This document shows positions 8,666 through 19,596 of a DNA stretch of 64,000 nucleotides, piece after piece; within the stretch, counting starts at the first letter, position 1, and every line of letters begins with the position of its first letter. A program made the position numbers and the translations under genes. The DNA is from Elsinoe ampelina (Eukaryota). The DNA is taken from NCBI GenBank assembly GCA_010093995.1, contig ML992504.1, forward strand, positions 1,492,360 through 1,556,359. The letters are read 5' to 3'. The notes beneath the pieces were generated by a model. It was not told the origin of the DNA. It saw nothing but the letters and a program-made list of their open reading frames with translations, and searched no databases.

Positions 8666-11125
8666 ATGGCAACGCTCCTCCGGTACGAAGACTACACGAT
8701 TGCGTGGATCGCTGTACTACCAGTCGAAGCCGAGGCGGCGGTGGGCATGCTCGATCGTCGCCACGAAGGACGCTTTCCAATGGGACCTGGGAATAAGAAT
8801 CTGTTCATCGGCGGCGAAATCTACGGACACAACGTCGTTATCGCGACCTGGCCTCGAGGTCAGACCTACGGTATCGGTGCTGCGGCTGAGCTCGCCACAG
8901 ACGTCAAACGGCGCTTTCGCAAGATCTGGTTTGCACTTCTCGTAGGTGTTGCAGCTGGCATACCTCACCTGGACGCTGGTGAACAGACGAAAGACATTCG
9001 CCTTGGTGACGTGCTTGTCTGCGTCCCAGATCAAGTCAACAGCGGCATCGTTCAGTATGATTACGGTAAATGGCTGTCGAGCGACAGCGGTGTCAAGTTT
9101 GTACCTAATGGCCGGCAAGCTGAGACTGAGAGCGTTATCAGAACAGCTATCAGCTATATAGACCTGACGACACCATCGCCATTCGAGGACGGCAATGAAT
9201 CTGCAGAGCACCTTAGGATCTTCCAGGCTAGGCAAACAACATCCAAATTCATCTGCCCGTCACAAGATGACGATATTCTGCTCGCCACCAGAGGTAGCGA
9301 CTCTACCGGCGTCGTGAGTGTACCTATCGAGCGCACGAGGCGCGCCGAGTCTCACCGCACGTACGTCTGGTACGGAAGGATGGGTTCTGGTAATGCACTG
9401 GTCAAGAGCGCTCGGAAACGCGATGAGTTGCGCGATGAGCACGGCATTATCGGTCTGGAAATGGAGGCCGCCGGGACCATGAACATTCTACCCGCTGGGG
9501 TCATCCGCGGCGTGTGTGACTACGCAGATCGGCAGAAGGACAAGCGTTGGCAACCCTATGCAGCGGCCACGGCCGCCGCGTATGCTAAGAGCATACTCAA
9601 AAACACTCCCTTGATACAAACAAAGACAGCAACCCGCTCATCACGGACACCCAGACCATCGCCGGTGACCGTTGTCACCAGACAGCGGCGTCATCATCAT
9701 CGTGGCCGAGGTATCCCGCAGTCAATCCGAGAACGTCTTGAAAGTATACCGAGCGATGACAAGACTGGTGATGCCGATGCAGAGGAGAGTGTGATATCTT
9801 ACAATCATGATACTATGCAACCAACAAAGAGCGCATCGTCGCTGTCGACCTCCACCCTTCCTTCCAGAGCCCTACACGGCTCAACCAAACCAAAGGACAT
9901 TGATGTCTTGCCCGAGGACTCACCCCTGGTGAAATTTGCTCGGTCCTACCAGCTTCACTCTTCTTTCAGAACCTCTCCTCCCAGAGAGTTTCCTTCCGGG
10001 AATGCATCAAGTTCTGTATCAGCACATTGTGATGCACAGTCTGCAAACAAGAGAAGCAAATATCAATCCCCAACCGTTGAGGATGAAACACCTTCTGCCC
10101 CCGCAGCAATAGAGCCCAAGAAGGAACAGCAAAGCCTGGTAGTGCCAGATGGTACCATCGATGCTGTCTCTCCTCTTGATCTACAACCTACGTCACAAGA
10201 GACGCCCGATCAATATAGTGTGAAAAACGTTCGCGAGGTTGACCCTCAGTATGAGCGAGCTCGGACAACCGATCCAGCTCGTGCAGATACTGATGAACGT
10301 CGGAAGGAACCTCGAGCGTCCACCATTCGCGCGAAGCAAGTAGTGGCTGATCATCGATTCGTCCTGGCAACGTTTGATCGATACTCTCCAGGTCCCGGCA
10401 TTGGGACTCTTCCTGACGATTTTCCGAAACCGGATATGTCATGGCAGCTCCCGCCAAAAGCTATGGACGATACTGAAGAGATCGATACTGCGCAAGATTG
10501 CGAAGTTGTATCGCTTCATTCAACATCGTCAGCGGGTAGCGTCCCAAGCGGCTTTGAGTATAGCGATACAGGAGCTGTAAGGTCCATGAACATGAAAGAT
10601 GATTCCTATCACGAACGGAAACCCCAGACGGACGTTCCCGATCACGACAAGATCAGCAGCCGTCGACATAGAGCGCGTTGGAGATCGGACAATGCTCGTT
10701 GGTACGCAGTCTATGACTGGCGACAAGCTGTTTCGAACGCAGAGCATGAGCCGTCATGCCAACCTCCACCCCGAATACCGCCCTCAAGCCCTCATGCGTC
10801 CCTGGATCCTTATGCATCTCCGGCCAAGTATACGCCTCGAGACTCTTATGCCTCTCCAGCCCCTTGCCCGCCTCCAGATCCTTATGCGCGACCGACCCGG
10901 AGCGGATGGGATTCTCTCCGGGGCTACCATGGCGACCCGGGAAGAGTCGAAGCACATACGTACCCCTACTCGCAAACGAGACCGACCGAGCCATATGATC
11001 CATACTACGGATATGGTAGATCTAGGGCTCATGAGTCATACCACTCACCCCCGCCTTCTCCGAACGCGTGCGAAGAATTCGAGCGATTTTTCGGACCTAA
11101 GGCATCGCAGTATGGGGAGACCTGA
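8666..11125 (+). CDS. Second PNP_UDP_1 domain protein (tandem paralogue) with a disordered Ser/Pro/Tyr-rich tail
   Basis: Same motif set (YTIAWIAVLPVE, LLVGVAAGIP, DIRLGDVLV, GLEMEAAG, IRGVCDYAD, WQPYAAATAAAYAK); 819-aa intronless ORF. Confidence 0.85.
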   Translation: MATLLRYEDYTIAWIAVLPVEAEAAVGMLDRRHEGRFPMGPGNKNLFIGGEIYGHNVVIATWPRGQTYGIGAAAELATDVKRRFRKIWFALLVGVAAGIPHLDAGEQTKDIRLGDVLVCVPDQVNSGIVQYDYGKWLSSDSGVKFVPNGRQAETESVIRTAISYIDLTTPSPFEDGNESAEHLRIFQARQTTSKFICPSQDDDILLATRGSDSTGVVSVPIERTRRAESHRTYVWYGRMGSGNALVKSARKRDELRDEHGIIGLEMEAAGTMNILPAGVIRGVCDYADRQKDKRWQPYAAATAAAYAKSILKNTPLIQTKTATRSSRTPRPSPVTVVTRQRRHHHRGRGIPQSIRERLESIPSDDKTGDADAEESVISYNHDTMQPTKSASSLSTSTLPSRALHGSTKPKDIDVLPEDSPLVKFARSYQLHSSFRTSPPREFPSGNASSSVSAHCDAQSANKRSKYQSPTVEDETPSAPAAIEPKKEQQSLVVPDGTIDAVSPLDLQPTSQETPDQYSVKNVREVDPQYERARTTDPARADTDERRKEPRASTIRAKQVVADHRFVLATFDRYSPGPGIGTLPDDFPKPDMSWQLPPKAMDDTEEIDTAQDCEVVSLHSTSSAGSVPSGFEYSDTGAVRSMNMKDDSYHERKPQTDVPDHDKISSRRHRARWRSDNARWYAVYDWRQAVSNAEHEPSCQPPPRIPPSSPHASLDPYASPAKYTPRDSYASPAPCPPPDPYARPTRSGWDSLRGYHGDPGRVEAHTYPYSQTRPTEPYDPYYGYGRSRAHESYHSPPPSPNACEEFERFFGPKASQYGET

Positions 11126-11134
11126 GCTGTGAGG

Positions 11135-11410
11135 ACAAGTTTGACCATATACCGTGTTCTGCTGGTCCCATTGTACACGTGAAGTGTACGCCGCTAGCCC
11201 ACACTCGGTACTATTCGCAACTTCGACCACCTCGCTCTCATCGGTGAATGACTTCGCTACCACTATCGGACCGAAGAAATCTTCCTGCAAGTCATCCGCA
11301 TCCTCGCTGGGTGCCCAGACAACAAGGTTGGTTTGACAGAGCGACCCTTGCCGGTCTTCGCACCGCCAGTCGACAGCTGTGCCTCTGTCTTTCCCTTGTC
11401 CAAACATTCG
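11135..11410 (-). pseudogene. Frameshifted aldehyde dehydrogenase fragment
   Basis: Minus strand reads DKGKTEAQLSTGGAKTGKGRSVKPTL in one frame, then QEDFFGPIVVAKSFTDESEVVEVANSTECGLAAY in another. These match the ALDH consensus GK.EA.L.TGG...G.FV.PT and EEIFGPV....F..E.E....AN...YGLAA. No N-terminus or full ORF. Confidence 0.7.
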
Positions 11411-11868
11411 ATATGATGGTTCCCGAGGCGGACGGAATAGGCATGTCAGTCTCATCATGCTCAGGAGGGTGGGGAGAGGTTGTATCCTCTTATATAGCTG
11501 TCTATGTCGCTGGGGAGGTAGCTGGTGACGCCGGAGGAGGCGGCATATAGAATTGTTTATTCATAGAGTGAGGACTCGCCGAATGGTTTCGGTCAACACG
11601 TTCGGGTTGGTAAAGGGATACATTGAGTGTGAGAAGTATTGCCACTCTTCGAACACGAATGTTGTGCCGTCCATTGAGTGTTCCGAGAACCTCGTGGTGA
11701 ATAGTATAGGCTGGCAGATATATTGTTACGTAAGGAATGAAAGAAACACATGAACCATTGATGCTCCGGTGGGGCAAGCCTGGCACAGCCACACCTAGAT
11801 ACCCATCCTACTCCTACTACTTACCTCAATCTTCACTATCCTTCCTGCATCAGTTCGGCATATTTGCG

Positions 11869-12927
11869 ATGGCAGACAAAGAAGAATGTGAGGGTTCAGA
11901 AGACGAGACAGCAAAACATGATGACGGCCGCATTGTGCGAATCGAGGAGTTGCGGGGTACCAGGTTCGTGATCGACATAGATCGAGCTCACCTCCAGAAT
12001 ACCCGATTCATGGCGGAGTATGATATAGCGACCAGACAGGTCTCCGAATACGTCAACGGCATTGTCAACAAAGGATGGCCAGCAGAGGAGATGTGGGAGA
12101 GCATACGGGATCCTGCACAAGTCATTCGCGATGAGTGCGAGGATGTCTTCTCGAAGCTGGCTTTGGGGAGCGACGATTACCAGGGTCGTCCATTCTCTGA
12201 TCTCTGTCGGATGCGGACGTATCACATCGACTTTGAGAAGAGGGAGGCAGGGTGGCTAGATGTGATAGTGCGCGATGGAAAGGTGTACGCGCCTGGCTTC
12301 GGGATACGACCTCTTCCGACGACAGAGCTGCCGGCATCTTGTAAAGATGTGAAGCAGATTGAAGCATCCCAAGTGATGATCATGGAGTCAGAAGGATATC
12401 CTGCTCATGGAAAGGTCGAGGTCGATGGCGTCGTGCGCTGGCTCAAGCCCAGATCATACGAATCGGTCGACTTTGACAGAGAGCTGCCGATACTTGTTCA
12501 GGTACAACAGCTGCGACAGCAGGGCAGCCGGATGAGAGTTTCGAATCTTGCTGGTCTGGTACTTTGCGAGCAGACCGTGGTAGCAATGCTGCTGGATAAC
12601 ATTATACCATCAGCCGAGGGCGGGCAGCTCCTGGACGAGGGCTTGTGGGAGCTGCATGACAGACATGCACAATGGGAGTCGCAAGTGAGACGGTCTGTCG
12701 AAGAGCTCCATTCGCACGACATTGTCTGGGGCGATGTCAATGCCGGCAATGTGTTCATCGACAAGGAATATAATGCCTGGGTCATTGACTTTGGCGGAAT
12801 GAACAACCCAGACTTTGTCGACGATGACAAGCGAGAAACCAAGGAAGGTGACTGGCAAGGTGTGCAGAGAATGTTTGGGGAATGGTTGCCAGAGAGGTAT
12901 GCTGAAATCCGACAAGCCAAAGGGTGA
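11869..12927 (+). CDS. Atypical fungal protein kinase-like protein
   Basis: LHSHDIVWGDVNAGNVFID (catalytic loop variant) and VIDFGG (DFG). Likely start MADKEE at 11869 within ORF 11737..12927. Confidence 0.75.
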   Translation: MADKEECEGSEDETAKHDDGRIVRIEELRGTRFVIDIDRAHLQNTRFMAEYDIATRQVSEYVNGIVNKGWPAEEMWESIRDPAQVIRDECEDVFSKLALGSDDYQGRPFSDLCRMRTYHIDFEKREAGWLDVIVRDGKVYAPGFGIRPLPTTELPASCKDVKQIEASQVMIMESEGYPAHGKVEVDGVVRWLKPRSYESVDFDRELPILVQVQQLRQQGSRMRVSNLAGLVLCEQTVVAMLLDNIIPSAEGGQLLDEGLWELHDRHAQWESQVRRSVEELHSHDIVWGDVNAGNVFIDKEYNAWVIDFGGMNNPDFVDDDKRETKEGDWQGVQRMFGEWLPERYAEIRQAKG

Positions 12928-14830
12928 AACTGCTCAGAGTACGGCACGTGACTATCGGCAGACAGGACCACTTTGGTGATGGAGTGATGGGTCCAACGTC
13001 GCCATTGAAGTTTGGGGATTCAGTCGTCGTGTTGAACGGGGCGCGTCACAAGTCTCAACGTTTGTCGGGGAATTTGAGGCGGTGAAATCCAGCCTGTCTC
13101 AGACTAACACCAGTATATGATGGAATTGGCCATGTTGTCTTTAATTGGAGCAAGTATCGTCGTTCGGAAGCCATTGAGGTTACAAACGAGGAAGGAGACT
13201 CATCTGACTGACGGATGATCTCTTGGAAAGTCTCGTCCTTGGTCGAATCATTTGTTAATGCCGTGAATAGCGCGTGGCATTGGCGGGCTGTCGCGGGCTG
13301 GAGAGTGAGACATTGTGAGCATCTCTACGAATTCGTGGCGAAGTAGAGCTCTGGATTCCATCAAGTGGCGCTCTGATCCTGCTCGATAGCGTGCGGGGCT
13401 AGATGATTTCCACGTGGCCAGCCGCAGGAGTTAGCAGGAAAAAGTCTGCAGAGACACGACCATTCGTCATGCTGCTAGTATGGTGCGGCGACGGTGTCAA
13501 AGGGGGTTTTTGCGATGGGTGTGCAGGGAGGGATGCCATGAGGAAACGAATCGTTGGCAGGCGAACATGATTGGCGTGCCTGATCTGCAGAAGTCTATCG
13601 TGCATGTGCATGTCAGTCTTGAAGGTGTCGGCACGCGAGGGGCAGAATGGTCGAGGATTGCAAGGATGAGAGATTTCTCACATGTGTTGAGAGAGTGCGA
13701 TTGGCGGACGAGAGCATGAATTTAGGCTCCCCACGATCCTGCCCGCTCTCGCGTCCGCTCTCGTGTCCGGTGTGATGCGTGGCAGCCATGCACATCAGGC
13801 GGCGCTTACAGGATTACTGGCTTGAGGGAGACACACTCTTTTGTGCCGTGTCGACCAGGTTTGACACTCCAGGTCGCCATGTCTATCTATCTATGAGAGG
13901 GCTAGCCCTGAAAGAAGTGAGAGGATGGTGTGTCAATTAGTGAAACCCTGCAGATTCATGCCATGAGCGCCACTGACGTGACCGAGAGCTTGCAAGTCGT
14001 CGTCTGTGCCTCGATGAATTGTATCGTGTCCTTGTGCGACCATGGACAAACATCAGAGAATCAGAGCAGAGGAATCGTGCAAGATTTTGCTGGTGTTCAA
14101 AGGATTGCCATAATATTTGGAGGAGGATTCGAAGGAAGCAGGAAGGATAGAGTTGGGTTTGACACTTTGCTCTTGCAGAGTAGTCTAAATATCACACCGT
14201 GTCTTGTTTAAATATCACACATTTGCCCACCGACTCGGTGCAAAATGGAATGCCGCGCGGAGCCTTCTGTTCTGCGACACCCAGCCCCTCGATTCCCTTG
14301 ATTCGGCCTCGTCGTACAAAAGATAGCAATAGTTGTGTTTGTTTCTTCAAGAGTCAAGATTGAATAAAACAAAAAACAAATTCCCCATCGTCAGATCCAC
14401 TCTCTTGTCAAGCAGAGAAGGTCCGAAACGGGATCAGCAGGCAATCTGAAACCGGCAGAGCGTCCCAACTCTCTCGTCCTCACTCTGAGCCTTTCAGCCT
14501 CTGAAGAGCGAGACAAGAGACAGAGACAGGGATACTTGACAAGGAGCGGCACCGGACTCGCGCGTCGACTATTATATCTCCACCGTCTCTCTCTCTCTGA
14601 TTTACAAAGTGTAATAAACGATCATCATCATCCAACCGTCTCGACAAGTCCCCGACTCGCACCGTTTTTTCAGCTCCAGCGTGCTCTCCAGCGTGCGCCT
14701 CCTGAAAATCCTCTGTCTTCGTCCAAGATCACCTGCTCATCGTTCCCAATCGACCCCCATCGACCCGCCGCTCCCTCCAAACCGAAACACAACCGTCTTC
14801 TGGTCCCTCACTACTCTGTACTTGGTCAAA

Positions 14831-15395
14831 ATGGTAAGCTAGCCCCTCTCAGAAACCTGCCTTGGCTCTTTTCTGCATTCCTCGTCACCGTCTATCTTCC
14901 TACACTCACGACCGTTGCTTTTTCCCGTCTCTCCCGCAACCTCGTCGACTCCACCTAACAACCTCTCTCCAGTCCTCCACCACCACCACAACTGCCAATC
15001 GCACCTCTGTCCGCTTCAGCACTTACTCCGGCGCACCTTCTCTCCATCCATCCATCGCACCCACCATGGACTCCAACTCGTCCCAGCCCGTCGACAGCGC
15101 CCGCAACACTATGATCAAGATCGAAGACAAGGTCGCCCGCAGCCCATCCACAGCTTCATCCCAAGACGCCCGCTCCGCCGAACTCAAGTCGTGGGCTGCC
15201 ACCTTCGAACGCATGTCCGACCAGCGTCTCGAGAAGCAACGCTTTGTCCCATCCGACAAGAAGGACGACGAGATTTCCACAAACGCCCTCGGTGCCAAGC
15301 TCGAGAGGGCCCTCGGGAGGAGAATGTCCGGTCAAGACGCCGTCTTCAAGAGCAGGGTCATGAACGAAAAGGCTGTCGAGATTGCTGCCTCATGA
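14831..15395 (+). CDS. Small hypothetical protein, join(14831..14833,14973..15395)
   Basis: ATG followed directly by GTAAGC donor; CTAAC branch at 14955 and CAG acceptor at 14972 join in frame to SSTTTT...ALGAKLERALGRRMSGQDAVF. Strong C-ending codon bias. Alternative start at 15066. Confidence 0.7.
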
Positions 15396-15725
15396 GTCGC
15401 TTTCTGTCTGCACTTCAACCACGAATGACGGCCAGATACCCCCGATAGACCGGCTGGACGACGAATGCCGCTTCTCTCTGTACGATTGTCGACTTTACCC
15501 CCCAACATATCTTTTGATTGTTTCCATCACGGCGGACGATCGATACCTCTCTTTGCTACTGGATCATGTCTTTCTACAAAGGAGCAGACGGTGTTAATGG
15601 TGTCAACTTGTCCCACAGTAGAAGTTCCGACTTTCATGTCTTTGTACCATATACATTACGCTAGCGATCTGAATTCTACTTTCACCTCATCCTCGCTCCC
15701 CCATCCCTGCCGCTCCACCTCCCAT

Positions 15726-18271
15726 CTACGCAATCGAATCCGTCTGATACAACGGATCATTCGGATCATAGGGAAACTTCCTAATCACCACATCCCCCCT
15801 ATACCCCTCCAACCCCTCGGGCACCTTCTCATACTCCAACTTACACGTCCCATCCCCAGCCCCCTGCCCAAACCTCTGCACACTACTCACATTCCCGCCC
15901 CCGTAATCAATCCTCACCTGCTGCACCGTCTGCTTCCCCGTGTCCCCCTCGAAATAATTCAACGGCATAAACTTGATCCCACTATGCGCCGTGGTAAACA
16001 CGGTATTGGGCAAATCCCCCGTGTGCGGGACATGATGCATGCCCAGATTCAACCACACGACCAAATCCTGCTGATCCAAACTCTCGCCGTCGAAGAACCT
16101 GTCGAAATCGATCGGGGGATCGTTCACGTCCTGGGAATTGTACGGGTGCGCGGCCCGCGGCTCGTGGTCGTGCTGCCGCGTGACCTGCACGTCGTGCGAG
16201 GCCCAGTTGGCCGACCGGCGGAGGCTGGAGCTGTTCTGCACCGTGAGGTGGGCCGTGGGCGCCGAGGGCAGGATGCGGTACCCCCTGGGGTTGCCGTATT
16301 TGTTGGGCGCGTCCCGGTTCACGACGACGTATTCGGTGGCGCCGTTGGGGCCCCAGAAGAGGCGCGACGAGGCTTCGGACTCGACGTAGGATCGGACGAG
16401 TTGCATTGTGTTGCGCGGCGTCGGGGACCACGAGAAGGACCGCGTGATGGGGATTTGCTCCTGGATGAGCAGCGAGTTGTCCGTCCCCAGGATGTCGAAG
16501 TCGGCTTTGTAGTTGAGAACGTGGTCGTGCATGCTGCCGGACAGGGCGTCGTGGATTTGCCAGCCGAAATCCGCGTTGTACGACGCGCCGTAGGTCGATT
16601 GGATGTAGCCTGATGCGCGTACTTCCATGCCGATCGTGCCGTCTTGGGAGAAGGTGTAGGAGAAGGCGTAGTCGTAGTTGCCCACCGTGGAGACGGACCG
16701 CACCGTGAGGTAGACGTTCTTGCGGACCGACACGTACGACGAGGTGGAGTGGCGTTGCATGGGGTAGTCGGCGTCGTATTCGAAGAGGCAGATGCTGTTC
16801 AAGTGGGTGCGGGTCTGCTCGGAGACGTAGAAGGTGGAGTTGAGGTACGTGGCGTAGGACGGGCAGTCGTAGCCGTTGACGAGCTCGAAGGCGTAAGGGC
16901 CAAAGCCGTAGTAGCTGTCGAGGTAGGCGGTGCCCGACTGAAATGGATCGTTGGAGGCGTAGTGGGCGAGAGCCTCTTGGAGACCGAGCTCGTAAAGGAT
17001 ACGTTGGCCTTTATATTTGACTGAGAAATTGTTATCTCTGATACTTTCAAAAGTCAAGGCCCTGCCACTTACTGTCGTAAAGAGCCATTCCCCGGTCCCT
17101 CGTAAAGCCAATGTAGAAAGACCAGTCCATATACTCGACGTACTTGCGCTCGACGTCGACAGCATATCGAGGTCCAGACGGAGCGACCATGACCGGGGGT
17201 GATTCGTCGTCGAAAGGCAGTACTGGACCGGCTTGATCAGTTTGAGCCCAAGTGCCATCGACATTAGGTGGTAGTCGGACGAAACCGGGAGAGTTGAAAG
17301 CTGCTCGGAACTCATCAGTCGTCTCGTAGAAGATGTCGTTGTACAGCCAGCCCTCAAATTTCCATTGAGCTGGGTCTCGACCAGTCACATCGGACTTGAA
17401 GTACAAGCCTAGTGGCAGGAGGGTGATGGCATCAAATTCGCTTTCAGGGTAGTTCCAGAAGGCATCCCAACGAATGATGCGTCCATCATCTTGCCACAGC
17501 GGGTCGATGCCCCAAATATCGATGGTGTCATTCTCCCCGCCAGTGACAGTCTTGCCCCAAAGAGCTTGAGTGATGTCGGAGATGTTGCTAGCAATCTTCA
17601 TAACCCACTCTGCACGCAAGGTGTCGGCATCAGCGTCCAGGTTCCGAACTCTGCCTTGAGTCTTGCGGGTCAAGGGATACTCGAGAGGCTCCCACTTGGT
17701 AGTCCCGTTGACGATGGGTAGAGGCCCGACGAGAATGTCTGCATAGACTGGTTCTTCTGTGGCTCTTTCGCTTATCACGACATGAGCGTAGCGCGCTGGA
17801 GCAGGGCCGCCGCCATCAATGTGAGAAAGCACATCGGTCTTGTTTGGGTGGTTGAGCTCGATGAGGAGGCTGTGTTCAGTCAGTACTGCGCAGCCATATG
17901 GCTTGATCAACCTACACGGTATTGTCCCACTCGCCAGCCTCTTCCGCCACTGTCAAGTTCAAGTCAGGCTGGGAGAATAGCCAGCTTGCAACAGCAGCGG
18001 ACTCGTCGTTGGTCAGAGCTCCCCATACATTGTCTGACGGAGCGGTCGTCGTCTTGAAGGTGGCACATCCGCCATCAGCTTCGACTGGCGGATTGTGAGT
18101 CTCGTTGTCCCCTCTGCGACCAAGGGCGCCGCTCTTCAGGAGCAGCTTCTTTGCTCTCTCAGCTTGATGTTGGCGAACCCATGGTGCCTTGGGCTTCGGT
18201 GCAGCAAGAGCAGTAGGAAGTGAAGAGAGCACCAAAAGAGAAGACGCGAACAAAGGAAGGGAGAACTTCAT
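15726..18271 (-). CDS. Secreted copper amine oxidase, complement(join(15726..17020,17073..17869,17916..18271))
   Basis: Signal peptide MKFSLPLFASSLLVLSSLPTALA; TVGNYDY topaquinone motif; HDH and HHVPH copper ligands; two GT-AG introns (46 and 52 nt) restore a frame of 2448 nt. Confidence 0.92.
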
Positions 18272-19039
18272 GGTGAAAGCAGTCCAGGGCAGAAGAGCTC
18301 CAAACGACTCGCAAGCCTTCGCTCCAACCAGATGGAAGATACCTACTTATACCCATACTCATTTGCCGCGGCCAGGCAGGTCAATGGCACTACAAAAACT
18401 TTTCAATGTAACGCCGCAATCCCAAGATCAGCGACGCAGGTACTTTAGCCCCAAGTGCTCATCTCCGCTTCATAGCGTCGGTGGCAAAGTTGAGGAGGCG
18501 AAATCGCAGTGCCTAGGGTTCGTCGGACACACGCGGCAGAAGTCGTCAATGGCTTATCTGCTGTGATCCACGGCTGGTTGAGGAAATCATTTGCAAGGCG
18601 TCAATCAGCTCAACTCTATTCCGCTGTCGATATGATAGGGAGAAAGCTTCGTCGGTCACGTTTCTCCAGATCGACAGCCATGTGTATAGTATCTCCGACT
18701 TTGTTGACTTTGGTAGAGTTGTTGATTGATAGACCGTGGACCCTTATCAGTGGGCCCGGTATGCGACCTCGTAGCCACGCTATCTCTGGAAAGGGTAAGA
18801 GAATGCGTAGACCTGCAGCCCTGCAAGACCCACGGGAGTCCAAATTGGCGCCAGCGAAGCCGGTGATGAATGTAAAATCAATGTTGCATTGGTGCATTGG
18901 CATGAGATGGATTGATTTCGTCGGTTGGTGGAAGACGGAGTCACGGACAGTTCCCTGAAGTCCACCCGGCCAAAGCTTTGGGGGTTCTTGACTTTAAATC
19001 TACAGTCAAAGCTGGTTATACCGTTAGGCTTCGTGAACT

Positions 19040-19360
19040 AGGCTTTAAACGGTAGAGAGAGATTATCGGTATAAGGTGACCAGGCTTGGCGTTTTCCTTC
19101 GCGAGATCGGCTAGAATAGGCCTAGTTTCGGACAAAAACGCCAGGTAATGCGGCTCTTACGAACTTTCTGCAAAGCTTCTTGCCTAAGCGGGCTAGCTGA
19201 CTTCCTAATTCGGTATAGACTGAACGGTAGCCAGGGTCGAAATCGTAAACGTAACGGTATAGAGAGAGATATTAGTTTTTGTATGGGAAAATGAACGGTG
19301 ACACACGAGTTGAACGGTACAGAGAGATTAACGGTAAGGACAGCTAACGGTATAGCCAGC
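19040..19360. repeat. Cluster of AACGGT(A) direct repeats, three followed by AGAGAGAT; TpA-enriched, probable transposon relic
   Basis: AACGGT occurs near 19048, 19223, 19253, 19294, 19313, 19330 and 19346; AGAGAGAT follows the copies near 19048, 19253 and 19313. Confidence 0.55.
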
Positions 19361-19596
19361 TTTGACTGTATTCAACCAAGCAAACCAAGCATCGAAATAA
19401 GAGATGGCGATCCGAGTATCAGCCGATATGGCGAGATCGGATGTTCGCAAGTCATGGTACGAAATTGTCTCGACACAACAGTAAGCTCTAGAAAGAATAA
19501 AGTTATAGCAGTGAGGTTCCACAGCTGTGCCACATGACGAATGTGAACATGCGAATCACGTGGAGAGATTGAGGCACACTAAACGTCAATGTAGCA

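Noticed and set aside
15465..16613. 382-aa plus-strand ORF overlapping the amine oxidase
   Set aside because: Antisense shadow in a skewed GC-rich region; composition simply mirrors the skew.
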